Assembly (NCBI GenBank): GCA_949293255.1
Contig: CASFCL010000001.1
Coordinates: 156,105-220,104, forward strand
From: an uncultured bacterium
GTDB taxonomy: Bacteria; Bacillota_I; Bacilli_A; RFN20; CAG-826
DNA length: 64,000 nt
Reading direction: 5' to 3'
Shown here: one piece after another, positions 56,616 to 64,000 of the stretch
Numbering within the stretch: the first letter of the stretch is position 1
How the letters are laid out: each line of letters starts with the position of its first letter
Notes under the pieces: generated by a model
What the model saw: the letters and a program-made list of their open reading frames with translations, nothing else
Told to the model about the DNA's origin: nothing
Database searches by the model: none
Made by a program: the position numbers and the translations under genes

Positions 56616-58075
56616 TAATTATCCCTCCTTATTATATTTAGATAATTTTTATATTTTTCTTCGTATTTATCGACATTTTTAGGTTTATAGATAGGTGAAT
56701 CTCCACTTAGTTTATCTATTCTTTCTCTAGCATCTTTTAAATCTTTAAATACTCCTTGATAGATAAATTGAGCCATTGAATTTCCTAAAACTGTCGCTTC
56801 ACTATCTTTGATAATGACATCTATATTTAATGAATCAGCTATTAGTTGATTTAGAAGTGTTGCGTTTCCTCCTCCACCAATAATGTTGATCTTTTTAATA
56901 TCTTTTTTACTTAATTCTTTAAGTTTTTTGATTTCTTCTTTGTATTTAAAGGCCATTGATTCATAAACACATCTAGCAATTTTTCCAATATCATTTTCTA
57001 AATGTTGATTAGTTTTTTCTAAATATTTGAAGAATTTATTCATCATATCGCCTGGGGTTTGGAATAACTCATCATTTATATCGATGTAGACGTTATTTTC
57101 TTCAACACTTGATGCTAAATCATTAATCTTTTTAAATGATATTAATGGATCTTTAAGCAAGAAATCTTTTCTTAACTCTTGAATGATGAATAATCCCATA
57201 ATATTTTTTAAAAATCTTACTGTATGTTCTAAACCAATTTCATTTGTGAAATTTAATTCATAAGTTTTCTTATTTATCAATGGTTCTTTAAGTTCAATTC
57301 CTAAAAGTGACCAGGTACCACTTGATAAATAACAGCTATCTTTATCTAAACTAATTGATGCGATTGCACTAGCTGTATCATGACTTCCTACACTTACAAC
57401 TTCAGCATCATATAAACCAAGTCGATCGATGATATCTTTTCTTAAATTTCCTACTTTCATACAAGGTTTGATGATTTGAGGTATTTTTTCTTTATCTAAA
57501 CCAATTAAATTTAAAATATTTTCATCAACTTCTTTTAAATATGGATTATACATTGCAGTTGTTGATAAATTTGTTAACTCAATATATTTATTTCCGGTTA
57601 AAAATAAATTAATTGCATCAGGAATCATTAAAAAGTATGAAAATTCTTTATTTTGATTTACATCATCATAAAGTTGAAAAACTGTATTAAATGGTAAATA
57701 TTGAATACCAGAAAGTTTATAAATTTCTTTATATTTTGTCTTTTTTAATAATTTTTCGGCTGATTTTATACATCTAGCATCTCTATATGAATATGGGAAA
57801 GCAATTAAATTATCGTTATGATCAAATAAACAATAATCGCAACCCCGTGTATCAATTCCAATTGTTTTGATATCTTTATGCTTAGAAAAAGTAATTTTTA
57901 AACCTTCTTCAATCTCATTTAAAATTTCTTTAAAATCCCATCTTAAAGAGTCATTAAAATTCTTAGCTCCGTTAAGGAATCTATAAGTTTCTTCTTTAAC
58001 AATTTTATTATTAAGATAGGTTACAACTATGAATCTTCCGCTGCTTGCACCTATATCAATTGAAAGCGCTTTCAT
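56615..58075 (-). CDS. rhaB: Rhamnulokinase
   Basis: IDIGASSGR, GIDT[CGG]GCDY, SHDTASA, SSGTWSLLG, FTNE. Confidence 0.97.
   Translation of the reverse strand: MKALSIDIGASSGRFIVVTYLNNKIVKEETYRFLNGAKNFNDSLRWDFKEILNEIEEGLKITFSKHKDIKTIGIDTRGCDYCLFDHNDNLIAFPYSYRDARCIKSAEKLLKKTKYKEIYKLSGIQYLPFNTVFQLYDDVNQNKEFSYFLMIPDAINLFLTGNKYIELTNLSTTAMYNPYLKEVDENILNLIGLDKEKIPQIIKPCMKVGNLRKDIIDRLGLYDAEVVSVGSHDTASAIASISLDKDSCYLSSGTWSLLGIELKEPLINKKTYELNFTNEIGLEHTVRFLKNIMGLFIIQELRKDFLLKDPLISFKKINDLASSVEENNVYIDINDELFQTPGDMMNKFFKYLEKTNQHLENDIGKIARCVYESMAFKYKEEIKKLKELSKKDIKKINIIGGGGNATLLNQLIADSLNIDVIIKDSEATVLGNSMAQFIYQGVFKDLKDARERIDKLSGDSPIYKPKNVDKYEEKYKNYLNIIRRDN
58061..58074. promoter_or_regulatory. cre site overlapping the rhaB start codon
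   Basis: Perfect palindrome TGAAAGCGCTTTCA formed by codons ATG AAA GCG CTT TCA. Confidence 0.75.
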
Positions 58076-58117
58076 ACACTATTATTATAAATTTTATCTT
58101 AATTCTTTGCACGATTA

Positions 58118-58135
58118 TGATTGAATATTGAAAAT
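58118..58135. promoter_or_regulatory. Putative rhamnose-regulator site, copy 1
   Basis: TGATTGAATATTGAAAAT, identical to 62877-62894. Confidence 0.7.
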
Positions 58136-58182
58136 TATGTTTAAAAGGCATACAATTTGTTCATAAATGAGCAAGAATAAAT

Positions 58183-58947
58183 ATGTACGAGATTGAAAGA
58201 CAAGAAGATATTATTAAAATTTTAAAAGATAAGAAAGTTGCTAGTGTCACTTTCTTATCAAAAACATTATTTGTTAGTGAAGCAACTATTAGAAGAGACC
58301 TATCAAAGCTAGAACAAAAAGGTACTGTCACTAGAACTTTTGGAGGAGTTGTTTTAAATTCGCAAACCCCAAACCAAGAGACAACATTTGAATTAAGGGA
58401 ACAAACTAATTTGAATGAAAAACGTGCTTTATGTCAAAAAGCTAGTAGTTATATCAAAAATAACTACACTATTTTTATTGATTCATCGACAACTTTATTA
58501 AATATTGTTAATTACTTAAATAATTTTGAAAATTTAGTCATTATAACTAATGGTTTATTTGTCGCAAACGAAATTATTAATAAAACTAAACATCAAGTTA
58601 TTTTGCCCGGTGGACTTGTTCAAGCTAATACAAATAGTATGCTAGGAGCAATCACTTTAAGTGCATTAAATAAGTTCCATTGTAACTTAGCTATTATGTC
58701 TACTTCTTCATTCGATTTTAAATTTGGTCCAACTGAATCAACTATCGAACAAGCAGAAATTAAAAATACAATGCTTAAAAATTCTGACTTAAAAATTGTT
58801 TTATGTGATGCTCAAAAAATGCATAAACAATCTTTATATCGAACAAGTTCTTTAGATCAAATTGATATTTTAATTACAAATTATGCATTAAATGAAGAAG
58901 AAAAAAAGGTTTTAGAAAGCAATAAAATTACCTACATTCGCTCTTAA
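58183..58947 (+). CDS. DeoR/GlpR family regulator (probable rhamnose regulator)
   Basis: VSEATIRRDLSKLE..RTFGG HTH and IFIDSSTT; divergent from rhaB. Confidence 0.93.
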   Translation: MYEIERQEDIIKILKDKKVASVTFLSKTLFVSEATIRRDLSKLEQKGTVTRTFGGVVLNSQTPNQETTFELREQTNLNEKRALCQKASSYIKNNYTIFIDSSTTLLNIVNYLNNFENLVIITNGLFVANEIINKTKHQVILPGGLVQANTNSMLGAITLSALNKFHCNLAIMSTSSFDFKFGPTESTIEQAEIKNTMLKNSDLKIVLCDAQKMHKQSLYRTSSLDQIDILITNYALNEEEKKVLESNKITYIRS

Positions 58948-58984
58948 AACCCTGCAAAACTCAAATTTTTATTTAAAAACAAGT

Positions 58985-59010
58985 GAAAAGGTCTCAAGCG
59001 AGACCTTTTC
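58985..59010. terminator. Bidirectional terminator
   Basis: GAAAAGGTCTC/GAGACCTTTTC between convergent genes. Confidence 0.85.
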
Positions 59011-59051
59011 AACTTTTTTAGGAATATTACAATGATCGATTGTAATTAATT

Positions 59052-59567
59052 TTATTCGGCAGCTACTTCTGCTTTTGGTTCTTCTTTGACACTTCTTGTA
59101 ATTCCAAAGAATGAACCGATTAATGATACTACCCAAGTAACACCAAACATAATCATGCCATTTATTGCAAGTTCTGCACTAGCAAGGTTTGCTGGAGTTT
59201 GAACTTCTTGAATAACATCTTCGTTTGAGAAGTAAATGTATGCTAATCCTTCAATTCTATCTCCAACGAATCCAAGTAAAGCGACTACTAAGAAGATAGG
59301 AATTAAGACTCTTAATACATCTGAAACCACTCTAACACCTGTTTCGACCCATTTATTTTTAGCTGGGACAAGAGGTAAGACGAGGGTAACGACTTCAAAT
59401 ACGATTGCAAGGACTGCCATTGCAACTACTGTTGAGTTATCCATGCCTTTGAAATATCCTTCCCCTGTAACGTTTGCACTAAACATTGCTAAACTAACAA
59501 TTGTAAGGACTAAGGTAACTACTGTAACGATTGCTCCAATCCAATATTTTTTAATGAGGGCTAACAT
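59052..59567 (-). CDS. Uncharacterised 4-TM membrane protein cotranscribed with GH3
   Basis: Four hydrophobic helices; AGGAGG RBS inside the end of the upstream GH3 gene. Confidence 0.85.
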   Translation of the reverse strand: MLALIKKYWIGAIVTVVTLVLTIVSLAMFSANVTGEGYFKGMDNSTVVAMAVLAIVFEVVTLVLPLVPAKNKWVETGVRVVSDVLRVLIPIFLVVALLGFVGDRIEGLAYIYFSNEDVIQEVQTPANLASAELAINGMIMFGVTWVVSLIGSFFGITRSVKEEPKAEVAAE

Positions 59568-59569
59568 TA

Positions 59570-62500
59570 TTATTTATCCTCCTTTTTGAATAAGTGTAAT
59601 CCATTGAGTGTGAAGTAACCAATTGCTGTGATTGATCCAAGAACTGCTGTTGTTGCAGTTGCTGCAATTAATCCACTTTCCCAAGCTGGCATTACATAAT
59701 ATGTTCTAACATTTAAGACAGCACTATTTGCAAATGCATATAATTGATATTTCATACATTCACGTGCCATTTCGACTAATTCATTATCACCATAAATGGC
59801 TTCTGGACTTAAATATCCATCCCAAGTTGCATCAACTCCACCTTCACCTAAGTTAAGATGTGAGTTATCACCAGCAAAGTCAGCCATTTGGGTGATTGTT
59901 GCTTGGATACATCCTTCTGGGTTGAAGTACCATTTATTGTTCATCATATCGGTTGAGATAAGACCTTTAAAGCCCCATTCATCTCTAACCATATCTTTAA
60001 AGATACCGACGTGATGTGAAGCATTGATTGCACCAATTCTATTGAATGCGACCATTAAACCTTTAGCTTTACCTTCTTCGACTGAACCTTGGAAGCCACG
60101 AAGATCGGTTTCTCTAAGTTTTTGTTCGTTCATGTAGACACAGATACCACTTCTATCATGTTCTTGATCATTGAAACCAATGTGTTTTGGACCATTGATG
60201 ATACCAAATTCATTTGTTCCTAAGACAAGTTCTCTACCAAGAACGTTTGTAAGCATTGGATCTTCTGATAAATATTCAGTATTTCTACCATTGTATGGAG
60301 TTCTGTGATAGTTAAGACCACCACCCCAAATTTGATATTCTCTAAGCCATAAACCCGAATTTCCAAGTAATCTACCCCATTCTCTAGCAAGTTCTGGGTT
60401 AAATGATGAACCAAGTAATGTTTGAGAATTCATAGCAGTTTTAAATTGTCCTGCTTCTGTTTCTGGATCAACATAATATTTATCTGTTGTTGGATCTTCT
60501 AAGTTGTTATTAGAAAGAGGTTTTCTATTGAATCCATTTGGACCATCATTTTGAACAACGACTGGGTTTTCAATATTAGTTAATGTATCTGATCTACTTC
60601 CACCATGAGCGACAGCACCAACTGCTTCTTCTGCTGGAATTGCATCAACTAGTCTATCCCAATATGGATCATCAATATTGTTAAGTATTGTGTCATCGAT
60701 TTCATCAGCTGAGAATTTTGCACCTGGAACACCATAGATGTTTTGAACTGGATCATCAGTCTTAATTGTATATTGTTCATTTCTTAATTCTCTAATCCAT
60801 TCATCTTTTCTTGGTGAATCAGCAAGAGTAATATCTTCTTCACAGTAGTTAATTGGATATGTTCCATCCCAATCTTGTCTACTTAAATATGTAACTTTGT
60901 TTGGAAGATAGTAGTTAAGATCAGCATTTGCACCGACATTTTCGATTTTTTCACCAGCTTCAGAAACTGAATATGTTGTTGTATCTGGATTTGCTTCGTT
61001 TCCGTTATTCCAAACTGCTACGTTTGTTGCGGTTCCACCAACACCAGCATTTGCATTTTTACTAGCAATAACATTCTTTAATGCTTCATGAGCACCGTTT
61101 CCAACTGTGAATGTGTAATCACCACCATCTAAAATATATGTTCCTGCTCCGTGTTCATCATAAGAAGCAATATATTTTGTAGGAATTTCAATTTCGACTG
61201 TTTCTGTTTGACCTGCTTTAACTTCAACTTTCTTTGAATTTAAGAATTGAATAGCTGATTTTTCAACTAAATTTTCTCTATCATAAGCAGTATATGGTGA
61301 ATTTACATAAAGTTGAGTTGTAAATAAGCCATCTGTTGTACCTTCGTTTTTAACTTCAACAGTTGCTGTAATTTTTCCATCAACTCTATCTTCAACATCG
61401 ATACTAGTAATTCTTTCAGTATAAGGAATATAGCTTAAACCATGACCGAATGTGTAATTAACTTCTTCATCATAACTCCAAGCACCACTTCCTTGTGTGA
61501 CACCTTTTGTTGAATTTGCTTTGAAAGTAGGATTCATGACTGAATCATACCATCTTGTTTCATAATAGTTATAACCAGTGTAGATACCTTCAGCTTCAAC
61601 AATGTAGTAACCACCTGAATAGGTTGTTGAACCACCAAATGATCCTGAAGTTGTATTAGCAATAGTTACTCCTGGCCATCTTGGATCTGGTTCAGCACAA
61701 ACTGATTCATAATCTGTATAGTATGCACCACCGAAGTTTTGCATAGCTGGAGATGATGTTGAACTTGCAGCATAAGTATCAGCAAGTTTACCAGTAGCAT
61801 TAACTTCTCCACCTAAAACATCGACAATACCATGGAATTGATAATCATTTGGAATACCAATATATGCGATACCATCAACTTCATATTCACCACTTACAAG
61901 TGGATCAATTTCGATTGTACATGATGTATTTAATAAAACTACAACTTTATCACAAGTTTCTTTTGCAGCTTTGACAACAGCAAGTTCTTCATCACTTAAA
62001 GCAAGTGGGTTCTTTCCTGTTGGATTTCCTTCCATATCAAGCGCACTACCTGGTTTATAAGTTGTACCTTCACCACCAGGTCTTAAGAATGTAACAATAC
62101 CAACTCCAGCTGTAACATTTGATTTCCAGTCGGATGCAGCACCAAATTCTGATTCAAATCTTGATGGATCGATTTCATAAATTTGATAATTTGTGTAATC
62201 ACCAGCAGAAGTATTTGGTTTATGATCTTGAACAATTGTTGTTCCCCATCTACCTTCTTCTTCATGTGTGACAGAAGCAATAGCGTCATAAATATCACTT
62301 ACAGTTTTATCAATACTATAACCAGCTTGAGTTAAAGCATCTCTTAATTTAACTGCATCAGTATTTCCTGCTTGCGACATATAAGGACTATATGAAGCAA
62401 GACCAAATAATGCGACACCATTTGACTTACTAAGTGGAAGAGCACCATTATCATTTTTCATAATAACTGTACCTTCTTGTCCTTGTTTAACGCCGAAATC

Positions 62501-62713
62501 TTTGAGTGCTTTCATCAAGTCCTCTGCTTTTGTATAACTTGATTTGTAGGTTTCTCCTTCGGTCTCAATAAAGTAGCTTTGAGTGTTAAGAGCACTATCT
62601 ACTGTTGATCTCCAAGTTTGAGCAATTCCTAAACCAATTCCAGCAAGAGCTGCAACTGATAAAAAGAGAGCTGAACCTCCACGGAGCACACTTAGAATTG
62701 TTTTCCTTTTCAT
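59570..62713 (-). CDS. Membrane-anchored GH3 beta-glucosidase-like enzyme, domain-permuted
   Basis: EGTVIMKN, EGIYTGYNYYET, FGHGLSY, DGPNG, GRNTEYLSEDP, KHIGFNDQE, WGFKGLISTD. The start at 62713 has an AAGGAGG RBS; the ORF track starts at 62794. Confidence 0.93.
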   Translation of the reverse strand: MKRKTILSVLRGGSALFLSVAALAGIGLGIAQTWRSTVDSALNTQSYFIETEGETYKSSYTKAEDLMKALKDFGVKQGQEGTVIMKNDNGALPLSKSNGVALFGLASYSPYMSQAGNTDAVKLRDALTQAGYSIDKTVSDIYDAIASVTHEEEGRWGTTIVQDHKPNTSAGDYTNYQIYEIDPSRFESEFGAASDWKSNVTAGVGIVTFLRPGGEGTTYKPGSALDMEGNPTGKNPLALSDEELAVVKAAKETCDKVVVLLNTSCTIEIDPLVSGEYEVDGIAYIGIPNDYQFHGIVDVLGGEVNATGKLADTYAASSTSSPAMQNFGGAYYTDYESVCAEPDPRWPGVTIANTTSGSFGGSTTYSGGYYIVEAEGIYTGYNYYETRWYDSVMNPTFKANSTKGVTQGSGAWSYDEEVNYTFGHGLSYIPYTERITSIDVEDRVDGKITATVEVKNEGTTDGLFTTQLYVNSPYTAYDRENLVEKSAIQFLNSKKVEVKAGQTETVEIEIPTKYIASYDEHGAGTYILDGGDYTFTVGNGAHEALKNVIASKNANAGVGGTATNVAVWNNGNEANPDTTTYSVSEAGEKIENVGANADLNYYLPNKVTYLSRQDWDGTYPINYCEEDITLADSPRKDEWIRELRNEQYTIKTDDPVQNIYGVPGAKFSADEIDDTILNNIDDPYWDRLVDAIPAEEAVGAVAHGGSRSDTLTNIENPVVVQNDGPNGFNRKPLSNNNLEDPTTDKYYVDPETEAGQFKTAMNSQTLLGSSFNPELAREWGRLLGNSGLWLREYQIWGGGLNYHRTPYNGRNTEYLSEDPMLTNVLGRELVLGTNEFGIINGPKHIGFNDQEHDRSGICVYMNEQKLRETDLRGFQGSVEEGKAKGLMVAFNRIGAINASHHVGIFKDMVRDEWGFKGLISTDMMNNKWYFNPEGCIQATITQMADFAGDNSHLNLGEGGVDATWDGYLSPEAIYGDNELVEMARECMKYQLYAFANSAVLNVRTYYVMPAWESGLIAATATTAVLGSITAIGYFTLNGLHLFKKEDK

Positions 62714-62842
62714 TATAAGTTTTTCCTCCTTTAATTTTGTAACTTTACAATTACGGAACCTGCTTGAGCTATAAGAGATATGCTCAAGCAACAATGAACA
62801 AGTAAAAAGTTTAAATTCATGTACTTTTTTCTTTTCAAAAAA

Positions 62843-62894
62843 ATTATAATTGAAAGCGCTTTCACTTGCTCAATTTTGATTGAATATTGAAAAT
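62843..62894 (-). promoter_or_regulatory. GH3 operon promoter: -10, cre site and rhamnose-regulator site copy 2
   Basis: TATAAT at 62843-62848; TGAAAGCGCTTTCA at 62851-62864; TGATTGAATATTGAAAAT at 62877-62894. Confidence 0.75.
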
Positions 62895-62978
62895 AAATAT
62901 CTTAAATTATTGAAATTAAACAAAAATAATCACAATTAATCATTTAAAATAATCATTTATATTATTTTTTATCTTGAT

Positions 62979-63869
62979 TTAGTAATTTTTGATTTCTTTT
63001 TTAAGATAGTCTAAGAAAATAATTGCAGGTCTAGAAAGAATTTGAAACTTTTTGTATGCAATATCTAAAGATGATAAAAGGGTAGGTTTTAATGGTCTAA
63101 AAGTTAATTCAGAACTTTCATCTGTGCTAACTAATTTTTCTAAACATAAAGCACAACCAACTCCTTCTTTAACTAAAATTGATGCATTATATAAAAGATT
63201 ATAATGGCAAACTATATTTAAAGACTTATTATTGATCCAATCAAAAACAGGATTTTTCATTTCATCTTCAACATGTCTACTAATTAATAAAGGTAAATCT
63301 TTAAAATCATTTGGTTCAACAAATTCTTTTTGAGCAAGTGGGCAATCTTTTCTCATTAATAAACCCCAAGTATCATATAGAGGAAGTCGAATTGTGTTAT
63401 ATTTTGTAATTGAAGCAGGTTCAAGTAAAATACCAAAATCTATTAAACCTTTATCAATATCTTCTTCTGTTTCTGTTATACTTCCACTATGAATATCAAA
63501 TTTAATTAAAGGATAATCTTTTTGAATTTTCTTAATTACCTTAGCAATAACAGAAAAAGCGTAAGTTTCAGCTCCGCCAATATAAATTGTTCCACTAATT
63601 TCTTTATCTTTTTTATAATTTAAAATTGCAGCTTCGTTTTTATCATAAATATTAACAATTTCTTCAGCTCTTTTTTTAAAAAATAATCCTTCTTCAGTAA
63701 GAATCATGCGTTTTTGTTCACGTTGAAAGAGAATTTGACCAATTTCAAATTCTAAATTTTTAATTTGTCTAGTTAAATTTGGCTGAGTAGTATGTAAAAT
63801 TTCAGCTGCTTTAGTTAAACTACCAGTATCTGCTACTGCTAAGAAGTATTTAAGAGCCCTAATTTCCAT
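62979..63869 (-). CDS. LysR family transcriptional regulator
   Basis: LKYFLAVA..GSLTKAAEILHTTQPNLTRQIKNLE. Confidence 0.96.
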   Translation of the reverse strand: MEIRALKYFLAVADTGSLTKAAEILHTTQPNLTRQIKNLEFEIGQILFQREQKRMILTEEGLFFKKRAEEIVNIYDKNEAAILNYKKDKEISGTIYIGGAETYAFSVIAKVIKKIQKDYPLIKFDIHSGSITETEEDIDKGLIDFGILLEPASITKYNTIRLPLYDTWGLLMRKDCPLAQKEFVEPNDFKDLPLLISRHVEDEMKNPVFDWINNKSLNIVCHYNLLYNASILVKEGVGCALCLEKLVSTDESSELTFRPLKPTLLSSLDIAYKKFQILSRPAIIFLDYLKKEIKNY

Positions 63870-63889
63870 ATATCAATTATAACATTTTG

Positions 63890-63904
63890 TTATAGATATT
63901 ATAA
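63890..63904. promoter_or_regulatory. Putative LysR recognition box between divergent promoters
   Basis: TTATA-N5-TATAA interrupted palindrome containing T-N11-A. Confidence 0.5.
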
Positions 63905-63978
63905 ATACTAAACATATTTGAATATAAAAATCATCATTAAACTTGCTTTAAATTATTGATAGAACTATCATTTTAATT

Positions 63979-64000
63979 ATGAAAATTAACGTATTAATCA
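63979..64000 (+). CDS. Start of a gene divergent from LysR (truncated by the window edge)
   Basis: ATG AAA ATT AAC GTA TTA ATC located 7 nt after TTGCTT-17bp-TATCAT. Confidence 0.55.

Noticed and set aside
181..62298. Numerous short ORFs (60-120 aa) antisense to or out of frame within real genes, including those at 45115, 49883 and 21204
   Set aside because: They overlap well-supported CDSs, tRNAs or terminators, and lack RBSs and recognisable motifs.
62714..62794. N-terminal extensions in the ORF track for GH3 (62794), glgB (21127) and LytTR (28651)
   Set aside because: Downstream ATGs have better RBS or promoter context and give typical N-termini.
1..64000. CRISPR array, prophage, integrase at the tRNA genes, or defence island
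   Set aside because: No regularly spaced repeats, att duplications, recombinases or defence-type genes were seen; the TTTGCAGGG motif is dispersed rather than arrayed.

Overview
AT-rich (roughly 30% GC by eye) chromosomal segment of a genome-reduced Bacilli-like bacterium. It is most likely an uncultured, Mollicutes-like gut Bacilli lineage; this is inferred from the T-boxes, the cre sites and a dcw cluster with no cell-wall genes. Housekeeping content: ileS (partial), mraZ-rsmH-(ftsL slot)-ftsA-ftsZ, pheST, glgBP, ackA-nrnA-dnaE-polA-mutM/coaE, dnaB-dnaI, pfkA-pyk, thrS, gpmA, tex, a CDF transporter, tRNA-Pro and tRNA-Arg, and three T-boxes. There are two accessory carbohydrate modules. One is a LytTR two-component system with a membrane-anchored GH3 and a multidomain esterase lipoprotein. 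The other is a rhamnose/rhamnoside cluster: MFS, GH78, rhaDAB, DeoR, a membrane protein and a second GH3. The strongest signal is a non-standard genetic code: the only two in-frame CGG codons I found both sit at invariant tryptophan positions (IleRS RQRV[W]GVPIP; RhaB GIDT[W]G), pointing to CGG=Trp, while TGA stays stop and AGG/CGA stay Arg. Other signals are an 18-bp site shared at identical spacing by two rhamnose-cluster promoters, a cre site encoded by the first codons of rhaB, an over-represented TTTGCAGGGWTTT motif, many apparently leaderless genes, a degenerate FtsA and a candidate orphan sRNA. No CRISPR array, prophage or IS was seen. All scans were done by eye.
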